A DNA stretch of 63,608 bases, the filler included, from Lenisia limosa (Eukaryota; Protista; Breviatea), in assembly GCA_001655205.1 (NCBI GenBank). It is 16 parts of 16 records of this genome, joined end to end, with 100 filler letters (N's around TTAATTAATTAA, not from the genome) between each part and the next. Parts side by side here need not be neighbours in the genome. Positions count along the whole stretch, not along the records: positions 24,903 to 25,945 come from LPNZ01008700.1; positions 26,046 to 27,198 come from LPNZ01006528.1; positions 27,299 to 34,334 come from LPNZ01010450.1; positions 34,435 to 41,706 come from LPNZ01007375.1; 12 more parts are not named here. The stretch is one strand, 5' to 3'. Numbering within the stretch: the stretch's first letter is position 1; each line of letters starts with the position of its first letter. A program made the position numbers and the translations under genes. This document shows, piece after piece, positions 25,879 through 40,200 of the stretch. Under the pieces are notes generated by a model, which saw nothing but the letters and a program-made list of their open reading frames with translations, was not told where the DNA came from and made no database searches.

Positions 25879-26182
25879 CTAAAAATTTAATTGGAGACAG
25901 ATGATTTGAGTGCCTGTCCTTCCCTTCAACAGATTCACCCCCCCCNNNNNNNNNNNNNNNNNNNNNNNNNNNNNNNNNNNNNNNNNNNNTTAATTAATTA
26001 ANNNNNNNNNNNNNNNNNNNNNNNNNNNNNNNNNNNNNNNNNNNNGATAGTATATAGCTATATGAAATGATAGCAATGAGAGAGAAAAAAAAAGAGGTTG
26101 CATCTCCGTCAACCATCATCACGGTGTAAGTCTCTCTGTGTGTGTGGGAAGGGTAATTAGGGTTCTAACCCCCCCCTCTCAC

Positions 26183-27157
26183 TTCCAAATTAGCCATGAG
26201 GAGAATGGCCTCGACTTCTTCCAGCGTATCAACCCGTAAAACCGAGGCATCGTCTGCGGCAGATGGGATGGCAGTGGGGTCACTGGGAAGACGTAGGACC
26301 TTGAAATGATCAAATTAGCGAAATGATAATACAAGAGATTTTTCCAACACTGTCTGGAGAACAAAACAAACAGAATAGTCAAACAAAAAAAACAAAAGGC
26401 AATTTTTTGCAAAAATAATATAATAAATCTTTTAAGCGGTATTTTACAAACACAGAAAAACGAAACGTTGTGACTCGAAAAGGAACAGGAATTTAGCCCA
26501 CAGATCGGAGGACGTTTACGGCAGGAGCTATGAGATTTGACTGGGCCAGTCCGGACGCCATTAAACAGCTTGCTTCCAACTCTCCTGGAAAGGTAAGGGG
26601 TCAAGACTTATCCAGGTTACTGTGTAACATGATGTATTGTATGAAATCTCATATACGAATAAGTACAACCCCCCTCCCGCACCTTTTCTGTCCTTGAGGG
26701 CACGGCAGTCGGAAGCCTCCGCCTCAGCAACGGATGATGCCCGGCCTGGGAGCTAAGAAAAAACAAACAAGAAACAAAACAAAAACAAAACACAACAAAA
26801 AACAACAAAAAAACAAATAATAATAATAAAAAAAAAACGAAATTGATTAAGTACATAAAATCAACCCTGTGACCAAACACTTGAGAATTACTGAGAAAAG
26901 TAGCATTAACATACACACAGCAGGCCACATCCATGGATATGGCATATCATATACAATCAATACTGTACATACGATAGGCATAGTATATGATATACATATC
27001 ATAAGAATATGTACAGTATATATTACTCTATTGTTGTTTTGTAGAACCACAGAAACACACATACCTCCCCCCATTACCTGGGAGACCAAGAGCAAGATAG
27101 GCCTGGCCGAGGCTGAGTCGCCAAGCGTGCCAAAGATACCGCGGAAGAGTGAAGGGT
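26183..27157 (-). CDS. Four internal exons of a hypothetical gene
   Basis: DPSLFRGIFGTLGDSASARPILLLVSQ / AGHHPLLRRRLPTAVPSRTEK / ELEASCLMASGLAQSNLIAPAVNVLRS / VLRLPSDP..DTLEEVEAILLMANLE, each with an AG acceptor and GT donor. Confidence 0.45.
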
Positions 27158-27792
27158 CTGGGGGGGGGTAAAATTGGAAAATATTATATTATATCATANN
27201 NNNNNNNNNNNNNNNNNNNNNNNNNNNNNNNNNNNNNNNNNNTTAATTAATTAANNNNNNNNNNNNNNNNNNNNNNNNNNNNNNNNNNNNNNNNNNNNAA
27301 CACTAGCAATGGCCTATACAAGGCATTAACTTCAAGCTGTCCGGGAGTTTTGATGTGTACGGGAATTTTGAATGGTGTCCGGAGCTTTGAGGACCCACAT
27401 ATGTGTATTTTTATAGACAGACATGTGAATCAATGGGTTCGACAAGGTTTTTGCAAAATATGTTACAAATTAACATTAAATATTTCGTTTGAAGTAATTC
27501 GATTGTGTCAAAATGGTCTAGAATTTATTTTTGGGTCTTTAGCTGAAGTTCATATCAATTCGCTGGTTTTTTTTATTATTATTAACGTTGCTTATCTCAT
27601 ATCTACATATGATATATATCACGTGTAAATACATGGTAGAGCCTAAAATATTGTTGGCCGTTTTTTTGGCAACCTAGGAACAATCGCATCCACTGCCAGT
27701 GTAAAACACGCAACTGCTCACACCTCAACCGTATATCTCCCCGTGTTCCCGTGGCGCCGATTCCCACACAGCCCTTCTCACCAGACTTTCCA

Positions 27793-28380
27793 ATGGAAGA
27801 GGATACCCGAATTCAAGAACCACTCCATCACCCATACGACTATCACTTCAAAACTGGTATGAGGAACCCTCTGCTGTTGACTTCTCAATTAAAATCGTGA
27901 AAGTACTTAAATTCTCCTGTTATTTTATCTGGCACTCAAACTTCTTTTTCACTATTTGGAGAGAATTTCCTTGAAGTCAAAATGGTTAGTCTGTGAAGTA
28001 TTGACTGAAAGGATGTAAGCAAAATTTACAGCGACGATCTCAAAATGAAATTGGTTCCAAAACTTCCCGATGTTAAGTATTCTTTTTTCATTTTTTCCAG
28101 CTCCGAAGATAGCAACTGACTGTCAAATTGAATTTGTCAATGATCTCCTCAAGAAGCTCGCCGAAACATCGCTCAAAGTTAGTTTTGGCTGATTTACATG
28201 AGTATACGGAACTGACAGATGTTTGGGGTGGCTCTTTTTGTGACCTTAAATGAATGGAGTGGAGCTTTTGTTGATAATCTTCCCGATAGGCACATCGTGG
28301 ATCGAAAGAGCCGTTCGCGTACAATCTGCCAATGCTCATTGACGTCTTGGACGCAGCACGGGCTCTGATTGGGCAGTTTG
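27793..28380 (+). CDS. Hypothetical spliced gene (partial)
   Basis: Open exon-like segments MEEDTRIQEPLHHPYDYHFKT / PKIATDCQIEFVNDLLKKLAETSLK / AHRGSKEPFAYNLPMLIDVLDAARALIGQF with plausible splice sites. Confidence 0.3.
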
Positions 28381-30238
28381 GTATCAAAGGTTAGCCATAT
28401 TAAAGCGGGGTTAAACCTCCTTTTTTTAGTGGCCTTTTTTGGTCAAATTGACGGCCGTAGCTTGACGTAGCACTGGAATTTTGTCTTTTCAACCCTCAAA
28501 ACACAGTTTTCGAACAATTATTTTTTCAATTTTTTTTGGAATTTTCCAGAAGTAGTCTCTTAATAGTCCAGTTCACCCTTTTCATGGTTTTTTTTTTCAC
28601 CTACTTTCCCCTTTTATTCCTGATTAACGAGTATTTGTTGTCACAAGAGTCAAATCCAAAAATCCACGTTAATACGTAGAATCCAATTCTGTATCGATAC
28701 AACTCCAACAACCCTATGAACAAACTTGGTAGCCTTCGACTGTCGGTGTCTTTATCGATGACCCTTTAACGCAAAGAAGAACCACCAGAAACGGTATGAC
28801 TGATATTGGTCAAAATGTAAAATATGAATTTGAGGTGTATGTATTCTTCTTTATTTCCGCAATGCGAGTTGTTTGAACCCCAACAACCCTATTAACTAAC
28901 TTACTTTATAGATTAAAAGGGCTTCTTCGTGCTACAACCAAGGTAGGTATTACTTAAGCGACTGAAAGATCCATATGTGGATGATTGGTATGAAACCGGA
29001 CTATTCAGTACTTCTAACATGTACTGCAGATACAAATTCTTATTTACTTGCCAATACAACAAGCATTCTAAAGTCATTATAACGGCGATAACCTCATCTA
29101 GGTGTTTTAGATTTCAACTTACTCAATGATAAGGTTTGTCTGGGAGGCCCGTGTCAATCATTGTTACTTATTCACGGTGTTATGATGATATGTCATTTTA
29201 TATAATAGCTGTTGTAACGCACTTCAGGCACAGCATAATTTGGAATGGCTTCGATTGGAAGTTTGAAAGAGTAAAAGTCAATTCCTTCGCCTCTCGTTGA
29301 TTGAAAGAATCCACGCTATTTATCAATTTGCTAAAGATTTAAACCTCTGTTGGAAGGCGTCATAAGCCCAAAACAGTAAATTTTTCAATATAGTAAGATA
29401 TGTCTGTTTATAATTGTTCAAGTGTTGCACTTACTTAGCTTTTTTAAACTTGNNNNNNNNNNNNNNNNNNNNNNNNNNNNNNNNNNNNNNNNNNNNNNNN
29501 NNNNNNNNNNNNNNNNNNNNNNNNNNNNNNNNNNNNNNNNNNNNNNNNNNNNNNNNNNNNTAGCATGGTATTAGGTCTTGTTTTTGATATTAAATTAAGT
29601 GTTATCATGATGTTTATTGTAAGTGAATTGTCCCGCTGCATCTGCTCTGGATGTACGTGGAAAATTTTTCTTTCTTTCCGATATTTTGTCTTTTTTGGGT
29701 ACCTCTTATTGATGCAAGTTTTCATTGTTCAGAGCTTCTCCCATAAAGTCTTTACTTTACAAAAGCCTTGCCGAGACAGTAAATTAACACTCAGAACACA
29801 GTAAAAGATAGAATAAGAGAAACAATAAAAGAATGAAGGTAGAATAAGAGAAACAATGAACGATAGGATAAGAGACACAATGGGAGAATGGACGATAAGA
29901 TAAGAGACACAAACTAAGAGGATAACCGATAATAAGAGTTAATAAACGACAAAAAAAAAAAGAGATAAAAGGTTGGATAAAGAAATAAATAACCGCAAAC
30001 TCACAGAAAATAAAATACATATTGGTAGCTATGGTGATAATAACAAATATTACCAACATGTACATGTAGTTTAAACAACAACACTATTAGTTAGCATTTT
30101 AAAAATATCTATTTGTACATAGTATAGTATAGTTGTTCCCAGATTTCTTATGTGAATTTCTTGTTAAAAAAACCTTGACCTGTCATCAACCCATACCTCC
30201 GAGGTTGAATACTGTAAGTTACTTACTATAACGCATAC

Positions 30239-33200
30239 CTTCGGGGTTGGGATTTGTTATTCTGCTGGCTCCTGCAGGCGTTTGGAACATCAGTATCCAA
30301 CTCTTGAACTAGCAGCCTTGGGGGNNNNNNNNNNNNNNNNNNNNNNNNNNNNNNNNNNNNNNNNNNNNNNNNNNNNNNNNNNNNNNNNNNNNNNNNNNNN
30401 NNNNNNNNNNNNNNNNNNNNNNNNNNNNNNNNNNNNNNNNNNNNNNNNNNNNNNNNNNNNNNNNNNNNNNNNNNNNNNNNNNNNNNNNNNNNNNNNNNNN
30501 NNNNNNNNNNNNNNNNNNNNNNNNNNNNNNNNNNNNNNNNNNNNNNNNNNNNNNNNNNNNNNNNNNNNNNNNNNNNNNNNNNNNNNTTGGACAATCACCT
30601 CCTCCCACTCCTTCAAAAAGTCAGCTCCTTGCCTCGGCCCTCCAGCATAGCGTGCAACAATAACCGTGTACCTGGGGGTTTAAATTGAGAGAGAGGGAGA
30701 TAAAATTGGATAATTTATGAAACAAAAAAAGCCCAAAATCAACCTGTTGGTTTGACAACACACTAAGGAAAAATGGATGAACACTGTATGTATAATGGTA
30801 TCATATACAGTGACCAAGATAACCGATTTGTTGTGATTCCCCAGGTAGAATCGGTCAGGACTAATCCCGGTCACTGGATATATTACTATAACAACATATG
30901 AAATAATATATTATCTTGTCGTCAAGAATATCCACAATCACTCTATGAAATTTGATTCGATCCCTATATTCTATAGATATATGACATGTGTGCCAAGGGT
31001 TTCACTCTGATCCGACAAAGACCGATTATTTTCGAGGATTATCGAGAAATTCAGTCTTATTTCAAACCAAAGTAAAGACAAAACCTACATGTCCCTACAT
31101 GTACCCCCAATACCTGAGAAGACCAGAAGGTGGCGTGGGCGTGGTGATGAGTCCCGACGAAATAGACTGGGTGGTTCTGCCGACGTGTTCAGATGACGGG
31201 ATAGCCCGGGCCGAGAGAGATGCTGCGTTTGCCGCCAGGGATATAAGCGGGCCAGTGGAACTGAACTGCTGCGTCTCGGATACGTGTAAGGATACCTGGG
31301 GGGGGGGGGGNNNNNNNNNNNNNNNNNNNNNNNNNNNNNNNNNNNNNNNNNNNNNNNNNNNNNNNNNNNNNNNNNNNNNNNNNNNNNNNNNNNNNNNNNN
31401 NNNNNNNNNNNAAACTATCAAGAATGACTTTTATCAGAACTTCCCTACGGTTCCAAAAAAGACGGATATTCTCGATAAATCCTCCATAAACATCGATATT
31501 TTACCAGTCTTTTTCGGATCGTAGGGAAGCCCTAATCAGACCAAAAAAATATAAGTCTAAGCTTGTACCCTCCCTTTACTCGGATAGAGGCTCGGTCGGT
31601 GTGGTTAGCTAGAAGAGCCTCCCAAGCCGACTTGAAGACCNNNNNNNNNNNNNNNNNNNNNNNNNNNNNNNNNNNNNNNNNNNNNNNNNNNNNNNNNNNN
31701 NNNNNNNNNNNNNNNNNNNNNNNNNTTTGATGACACCAAAACAAACAAAACCCAAAGCCAGTCGCTTCTGCAGCACCGCATCCATCACTCAAGCGTATGG
31801 TATAAGTTTAGACTTGGGGATGTTGTATGACATGCAGCTATATGTAATATGTAAAATATACATATAGAAATGAGAAAGAGAATTGTATTCTTAAAGAAAC
31901 CCTCTCTACTCTTAACCCCCCCTACCCTTAAAGAAAAGTTCCTCAGCGCCTCCCTCAAAAGACACGGTTCGGCCATTTTGGTGATTAACGCTCGAGAGGA
32001 ACTGAACCGGAAAACTGGGCATTCTACTTGGGTGAGTGGGGAGTTGGGGGGGGGGGGTAAAATTGGAAAATGTATGAAGCAAAAAAGCCCAAAATCAACT
32101 TGGCTGACAGCACACGAGGGTTGATAAGTCGCGTATGTTTCATTAATGTGCCAATTTTACCCCCCTCACCCTCGGAAGTCACGGGGCCGGATAATCGGAC
32201 AAAAGCGTCATTCCTAGGTGAGATCTGTAGATCGCCTGAAACAAAAGGCTGAGGAGCAGGGGCTGAAAAAGCCTCCATTGTAGGCCCGGTCCGGGGATAG
32301 AGCGGAACTTGGAAGTAGGCGCGCTTGGCCTTAGTTGTCCACCAGGTTTCATACCGGCTAGGGTTAATGATGACAGGCTTGTGGACGAGTTGGGGGCGAG
32401 CCATATACGGGGGCGGCTTGCGTGCCGTAATGGGACTTTGGATTGCGGGAAGTCCTTCGTGGCTCATTGATAGTATTGCGGGTACGGAATCGGGAATGCT
32501 TGTGGGGCTTGCTGACGCGACTCTTTGTACTGATTGGGGAAGTGACTGGAGAACGTAGTTCATTTCGACGATATCTCGAAGAACATCTATACGATTCTGG
32601 GGGATGAAGACGTCATCGAGGTCTATGGACGCGGGCGTTTCGTCCGTTGATGATGATGAAGATGGTGATGATGGTGACTTGGCAATGATTGTGTCGTATT
32701 GCGAGGGTTCGTAAGGTTTCAGCAGGCGAAGAGGTGGTACTGGAGACCCCCTGGATTTGCTATTCAACTTGCTGAGACTACACAAGAGCAGGTCTTCGTC
32801 TTCGACATCATTCCCTTCCTCATCGAAATCCTGATTAGCGCATGATTCGTCATCGGTGTAGACAACACCGTCGGCTTGGGCCAAACCAAAACCGAGGCAA
32901 TCAACACCGTCCTTCTCAGGTGTGTCAGCCCAGGCTGTGGAAGCATCATCTTCAGGGCGATGAAGGAGAACTGCCGGGGTACGCAGAGTTTTTTCTATGA
33001 GAACGACTGCCTCAAGAGAGCCTCCCGGAGTGGAAGTTGATAGACGAGTCATTACCGTTCCGTCTAGACTGATAAGTTGTGATACTGCGTTTTTCAGGCC
33101 TCCTTTCTGCTCCATTGATCCAATAAGGCCAGAGATTATAGGGTCGTCAAGTCTAAGGTGGTGACTGAAGGATAATGAATAAAAATAACATTATATCACC

Positions 33201-33876
33201 TTTATTATTTGTAACTACAGACACTAAACAACATTCCACCCGTTCTGAAAATTGTAGGAAAATAGGTATCATGTGCGAAAGCAGATATACAAACGAAAAA
33301 AAGCGAAAATAACAAAAAAAGCTCGAACTCTGAGAATTAATTGAAATAGAATTTAGTGAAACATAGCGCAATGGAAATCTTTCAAACACTTTTATTTCAA
33401 ATTTTGTCAAATAATACCAAAATGTAATTATACGGCGTCATAATATTTTAACCTTGGCCATACCTAGGGGTGACCGTGAACGACGCTGACATTTCCTTTG
33501 CGTGTGCCATGGGGGGCGAAGGAAGATGGCTCGGAGGCTGCGGAAATGGCAGTTGTTTACTGCTCGGAATTTCGGTCAGAGACATATCCATAAACGATCC
33601 GCTGATCGTCGAGAAAGTTAGGGAGTCGTTTGGATGGCTCGGAATTAGGCCTTTTTCGGTGAAGATGTTTTTGAGTGAGTTCGGCGACCGGAGTTTGTTG
33701 GCGGAGAGTTTGGTTGGGGGCTCATTTGCGACAGCGTCCATGCTTTGTTTGGAGCCTTGTTTGAACTTAACTTCCGCTACCGCGAGTGTTGATTCCTTTG
33801 GTTGTTCACTAGGAAGAGTTAGGACACGAGAGAAACTCCAGCATGCAGCAATATCCCCCTTTATTGTCTTACTCAC
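30239..33876 (-). CDS. Large Ser/Pro-rich multi-exon protein of unknown function (partial)
   Basis: Long exons at ~33458-33876 and 32170-~33144 splice in frame to 31926-32026 (SE|VECPVFRFSSSRAL). Further exons lie near 31110-31297, 30587-30671 and 30239-30324. Confidence 0.6.
30808..30876. mobile_element. Tc1/mariner-like MITE (~70 bp)
   Basis: TA|CAGTGACC...GGTCACTG with internal symmetry. Related copies at 46489-46556, ~48424-48490, 63154-63220 and 63238-63314. Confidence 0.65.
31441..31534. mobile_element. hAT-type MITE with truncated left TIR
   Basis: TTCCCTACGGTTCCAAAAAAGAC...CGGATCGTAGGGAAGCCCTA, flanked by ATCAGAAC and ATCAGACC (8-bp TSD, 1 mismatch). Confidence 0.7.
32027..32169 (-). 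mobile_element. 143-nt intron consisting mostly of a TIR-bounded copy of the intronic repeat family (Introner-like)
   Basis: Sense strand reads GTGA+GGGGGGTAAAATTGGCACATTAATGAAACA...TGCTTCATACATTTTCCAATTTTACCCCCC+CCCCCCAACTCCCCACTCACCCAAG, with a ~29-bp imperfect inverted repeat. Removing it restores the reading frame. Confidence 0.65.
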
Positions 33877-36800
33877 ATGTAATCCTCTATTTTTCTTGCT
33901 TCTTACCTCGAAAAGTTCATGGACGCTGCATCAACAAACGACCGTGTTTGTTTGAGGTGAAGTTGTGAAACGCTTCTAGCCTAAGGGGGGGGGGGGGNNN
34001 NNNNNNNNNNNNNNNNNNNNNNNNNNNNNNNNNNNNNNNNNNNNNNNNNNNNNNNNNNNNNNNNNNNNNNNNNNNNNNNNNNNNNNNNNNNNNGCGGATT
34101 AAATGCACGTGCCAACCTCAGATACCGGAATTTGAATCAAACTTAAGAATTAAAATCTCCAAATACCAAGATACAGATACCCTTCCTGTGAGGTTGGACA
34201 ACAAAACAAACAATGCCCAGGCCAGTCGCTTCTGTAGCACCACTTCCCATCATTCCAACAAACAATGCCCAGGCCAGTCGCTTCTGTAGCACCACATCAC
34301 AGAAGGATGTGGGGGTGGTAAATTCTATCCTCTANNNNNNNNNNNNNNNNNNNNNNNNNNNNNNNNNNNNNNNNNNNNTTAATTAATTAANNNNNNNNNN
34401 NNNNNNNNNNNNNNNNNNNNNNNNNNNNNNNNNNCCGCCGTCTCCGTACCACTCCCCAATGGGCATGGTGTCCGCACCGTTCAGCCGTCCGGCAACCGCT
34501 TCACCCTAAATCGCCAGGTAAGATCGGGGAAGACGGAGAAAGTCAATTACACCGAATTTAACTGCACCGAGGTCGTGAGATTACCTTGCAATAAACCTTC
34601 GCCCTCTCATCATATGCAAAACATGTGAAGAAAAAGAGATTTACGGGTTGGTTTTTATTATTTTTAGATATATTTGGAAGTGTAGCTGTTATCCCCAACT
34701 ACCCCCCTTCCCATATGACCCTCCTACAGCAGGTACCTGAACCTGGTGCTTTCATTTCTTCGGGNNNNNNNNNNNNNNNNNNNNNNNNNNNNNNNNNNNN
34801 NNNNNNNNNNNNNNNNNNNNNNNNNNNNNNNNNNNNNNNNNCGCATCATTGGACCATTTAAAAAAAAACACAAGAGGGATCAAAGAAAGAACACAAGTAA
34901 ACCAGAAGTATGCTTAAGTCAACTTCCATAAAATAAAGCGTCTTGGTCAAAAATTTATAGTGACAGAGATCCAATGAAGTTGAAAGGAAAATTTAGTGTC
35001 TGATCACAGACAGAGAAAGAAAAGATTTCAACAAAGTAACTCTTCAGATAAAGCAAAAGCCAGTTGAAAATCCACAGCAATACCCATTATGTAGATTCAC
35101 AATACATAAACAAGTTTCTTTGGGGATATAATGCAGAGGATTGTCCACAAAATAAATGGATGACCTCTTGTCGAGAATGTGCATGAGCGGAGAAGGGGAT
35201 AGAACAAAAGCCGAATTTAGACAATAATCAAAGGAATAACATGATATCATAATCCCAAAGATTGGGAGAGGAGCAGAGAGTGTTAAAACAACGCATAGTG
35301 GCTTCCTTTTTGCGATACCAAGGTCACCCAATATTATCAGCCCACAAGAACTTTCAAAATTGAAATAAAATCAACAATAATCGTGTTAAGATTCTGATTA
35401 ATCAGATCAGGGTCAAAACAACACGGAAAGTAGAGTAATTATGAGGAATGAGCAGCCGTATTGATACGAGCAAAGATCCAGTGGTTATAGTTACATTAAG
35501 TAATCATTAAGAGCGGGATAACACAAGTAAAGGACTCATGTGGAGTAGAAATTACAGGAAAAATTGACCCGAAGAAGAAATAGCAAACAATTTCCCCTCA
35601 CATGCACTCAGCATTAATAGCTGAGCTTTCACCGCCACGGGTAGCGGTAAGCGTGAGACTGTCAGTGGAACTTCCACCTGAACCCTTTTCAAATTTTGTT
35701 GGATGTAGATTTCCGTACCTTAAATGTTAATTAAAAGAAATCAAGAGATAGGCCTATAAAAATCAAGATGACGCACAAACCGAGAGCTCTCTTGGGGTGG
35801 AAGTCCAGGAGGGTTCAACTCATTAGTCTCAGTGTGAGAAAATTTGTAACAAGCATGACTTTCAACTCCGGAAAGGAGTATCCAGGCTTCAAGCAGCACA
35901 AAAAGCCAATTCAAACTTCTGCTCTCCATAATGACTTTATATATTCATTACATTCATGGTATATTTGTAGTTGAGAATTTAATTTATACAAAGACCATTG
36001 AGCTTGTTTGTTGCTTTCAAAAACAACGGGGAAAAAAAAACCTAACAGCATAGTAATATCGTAGCTTCGGATCTAGTCAAATTGATTGAATCTTTGAGGA
36101 CTTTGTTCCTATTTTTAGAGGAGAACCTGTCTTATAAAAGTTTGCTAATTTGCTCTTATATTGAATTCATAAAGAGTGAGAGTGAACCAAGACCCCGCGT
36201 CTTTTTGAAAACTTTTCTTCACAGTGCCGCCGGGCTTATTGAACTCCGCGAACGCCCGGCGGCACCGGGAAGACCTCGAAAACTTGGCAAAGAAGGTGGA
36301 TCTTCGCTTTGCAGCTTTGAACAGTTTTCGCTTGGAGCGACAACGTTTGCTACACGCACTCAAGACTTTTTTTTTCAATCTAAACAAAAGGAAGTGCTTT
36401 TATTTTTGCAAGAGTGTATTTAAATTTTGGGAATAAAGCCAGGACATTTCTGGGACCACTGTTTTTCCATGTGCGAAAAGTGACATACAGTCCGGGGCTC
36501 GATGGATTTGCAATAGAGGTGACATTCACTAATAATCAACGAAAAAATCTGAAAAAAATAAAAGTCCGAAGTCCAGACAAAGCAAGGAAAAAGCACGCCA
36601 CCTTGGACTTGATGTCGGAAATGACGTTCTCAAGTACTCTCTGTAACATGGGTATATATTACCTCCAAACACGGTACAGATTGTAACTGTCTCTGTCTTT
36701 TGCATTCTCATTCACCCTCCCAATGATATTCCGAAACACATATACATAATAGATATAGACGAAAAACTTTGTCAAAATACTTAGGGTACAACTATGGGAT

Positions 36801-37203
36801 AGGGGCGTGAACGTGGGGGGAAGAACTACATGGTTAGTCATGGAATGAAGGAAAACACAATAGGCACATTAAGGACATGTGCAGAGAGGACAGGTTCCGT
36901 CAGACAAAAGGTTCATAGACGAAGCTATTTATAGGAACCTTTTACGGTGCACATGGTTGGGAGAAATTGATCTCAATATCTCTTAAAAGCGCGATAGCTT
37001 CAACAAGATAGAGCTTTGTTTTATTTCTTTATTCTTTCTAAGTTATATCTCGTCGTAATTCAAACTCCCCCACGCACTTCCTTCTACTACGAGGAATTGG
37101 GGGACTAAGTTCAGGATCTATCAAAATTGGAGAGCGATGGGATGCAGCTGAAAAGGTTAATACTGGATAGTGTTTTGCTATTAAGGCAAGACTCAAAAAG
37201 ATA

Positions 37204-40200
37204 TCATGTTTGAAATTTGTTAGGCAGACTTGGGACGTGATGGTCAGTGCTGCCGTACGGATGTAGTGGGATACTGTCATCTTCGGGGCCAGGGACACAG
37301 GAGAGGGGAAATGCCAGGAGGGCGGAGGCGGGGAGGGAGGGATCCGATGCGACAGTGAACGCAGCAGAAAAACCTGTGATGTTAGGAGGATGTATTGTCC
37401 CATAATACTCTGCCATTGTGCTGTGGGGATAGGACGTGAATGCATTGTACTAAAAATACAATATCATATTCTATCTCATTGTTCATCACTTTATCTTCAT
37501 CAATGAGAAATAAAAAATAAAGTTTCATGCATTATACATTTTACATGTATCATTGTAAGATATGATTATATGTATAGTACGCTACCATATTGGATAGAAT
37601 ACCCCCCCCTCACAAAAACACCATACGCCCTTCACAAACCTGGACTTGCTGCAGTTAAGGCGCTCACTGTCACAGCTGGAAATGTGATGAGGGGGGGGGG
37701 GTCACCAATCAAATTGAATTGGNNNNNNNNNNNNNNNNNNNNNNNNNNNNNNNNNNNNNNNNNNNNNNNNNNNNNNNNNNNNNNNNNNNNNNNNNNNNNN
37801 NNNNNNNNNNNNNNNNNNNNNNNNNNNNNNNNNNNNNNNNNNNNNNNNNNNNNNNNNNNNNNNNNNNNNNNNNNNNNNNNNNNNNNNNNNNNNNNAGCGT
37901 CCCCGAAGAGCGAGTAGCTAAGGTGGGAATTAGAGTTTCATTTCGGTTCGAAAAAGACTGGTAAAATATCAATGGTTTCCGAGGAGAAATTCAGTCTTTT
38001 CCGAACCGAAGTGAAGCCCCAATCATGCTTGCAGATAAAATAGCTTGACGTAAAACAAAAGAAGCTTCCCAAAATTGCAAGTCTCATCACCTTGCAATTG
38101 GGGACCCTATGCAGACGCCGCAAGCCTGACCGCTTGCTACCCCACACGTGACTGACACANNNNNNNNNNNNNNNNNNNNNNNNNNNNNNNNNNNNNNNNN
38201 NNNNNNNNNNNNNNNNNNNNNNNNNNNNNNNNNNNNNNNNNNNNNNNNNNNNNNNNNNNNNNNNNNNNNNNNNNNNNNNNNNNNNNNNNNNNNNNNNNNN
38301 NNNNNNNNNNNNNNNNNNNNNNNNNGAGTACCCACCTGGTTAAGCGCAGAGTAAACCACTGAGGGACAGCATTGGGCAAAGTAAACAAGGGAAATTGCTG
38401 ATGACGTTTCATCCGTGACATGTTTGCCGGTCACAAGGACGGACAGGCCTATAGTGTTTGGAAATAAGGAGAATATAGAAGGAAGCGGTCTCATTTAATA
38501 CTAGGATATCAATCAGGTCCAAAAAAGAACGCTGGGATTAGGGGTTCACTTCGGTTCGAAAGCTCTGGAAAATATCGATAGATAGGATTTATCAACAAAT
38601 TCAGTATTTTTTTCGAACCGAAGTGAACAGAACTATGTACCTCCGTCCAACCATGGTCGGGTAGAACGCAAAGGTCAAGGGACTTTCCAAGATACATGAG
38701 GTGCTCGATGACCTTCTCCAGAGCCTCGCGTGGCTGAGGGGTTAGTATTCATATTATCAATATGTTCAGAGGAGTTTAACACAATTATAATAATCAGAAT
38801 CAGGAGTTTTGGAATGCGATGTTGATGCTACCGTCCTCCCCACTAGGTAGTCGAGCAAGCCGTCAATGCCATGTAAATAGACTGAGGCCACAAAGCACTT
38901 ATGAATGCGGTCGACGAGCGGCAGCGGCTGCGGCGGTGAGGGTTGCTTTTAAGACCAATTGATGAGGATGGAGAGGGATGACCTGTTTGATTTCTTGTTG
39001 AACAAGTAACAACCTGCATCATGTCCAGGTGTAATCAGGCTATACAGGCAAAATTAAATACCACACGCTAGAAAAACATGGATGCAAATAAGTTCCCCCT
39101 TCCCACCATGCCGGGTTGGGCGACGATGGAGTCGGGAATGGATGAGCCCGCAAGTCGGAAGAGATCCCTGCTCGCAAGCCAGGATTCGGATATGTCGGAA
39201 CTGAACTGCTTACTCAGTCGGAACCGTCTGGGGGGGGGGGGGGNNNNNNNNNNNNNNNNNNNNNNNNNNNNNNNNNNNNNNNNNNNNNNNNNNNNNNNNN
39301 NNNNNNNNNNNNNNNNNNNNNNNNNNNNNNNNNNNNNNNNNNNNNNNNNNNNNNNNNNNNNNNNNNNNNNNNNNNNNNNNNNNNNNNNNNNNNNNNNNNN
39401 NNNNATGCAGTAGTGTGTTTATAGTTTTATTTCAGTAAAAGAGGAACGTAAATAAAAATAACACAAAAAACAAAAAAAAAACAAAGAGTATTTAATTGTA
39501 ATATCTATGTAACGAGACAAGTTCAGTTCATAAGATATTTGATTCACAAAATACATCACAATTCCTCTTTTTTAAATTTTTTGAGCCCCACCCTCCTCAT
39601 CCCAGGTAAATTCCTAAACTATGATCTTTATGTTTCTTCAATATACAATAGGGCTCCATGAAAGGTAGGTGTTCAGGGTTTTTCAAGCCCCAAACACAAT
39701 CGTCTGACATGGTTGTCCTCCTGACAATGCAATCCCGGTTCCCAAATATACCATATTAGCAATCTCCATAATAATCATATGGTATAAGAGATGTGTACTG
39801 GAAGATATACGAAAAATTCAAAATGAGGTACACCATACACCTATTTTGAGATAGTAACATGTTTTCAGTTACCTAACCTCGAAACTGTGAAATAAAAACA
39901 ATTACGATGTGCTGGGTAGAGATATGCTTCGGCAGTACCATGTACAATTACTACTATCCTATTCCATCAAATGTGCCCTCACCACCAAAGTAACATTCCG
40001 TTTAGACCCCCCACGTTAAGAGAGTATACATGGCGAAGAAGGCGCAAGTCAGCCACAGGGCCAGAATTGACGCAGCAAACATGCCGCCACCGGTAACACC
40101 AGCAGATGCCACGCCCGCCGCACCGCCCGCGATCAGCCATTGTACAACCCGGGACGGCGGTTCTGAGGGCCCTGCTGAGCTGAACACCACGGCTAGCATG

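Noticed and set aside
27835-27905. Rab-like motifs YDYHFK and VDFSIKIVK
   Set aside because: They are in different frames with no GxxxxGKS or WDTAG motif nearby, which is insufficient for a small GTPase call.
36080-36440. Overlapping ORFs resembling a retroelement N-terminus (also 1400-1700)
   Set aside because: No diagnostic RT, endonuclease or transposase motif, so it cannot be classified.
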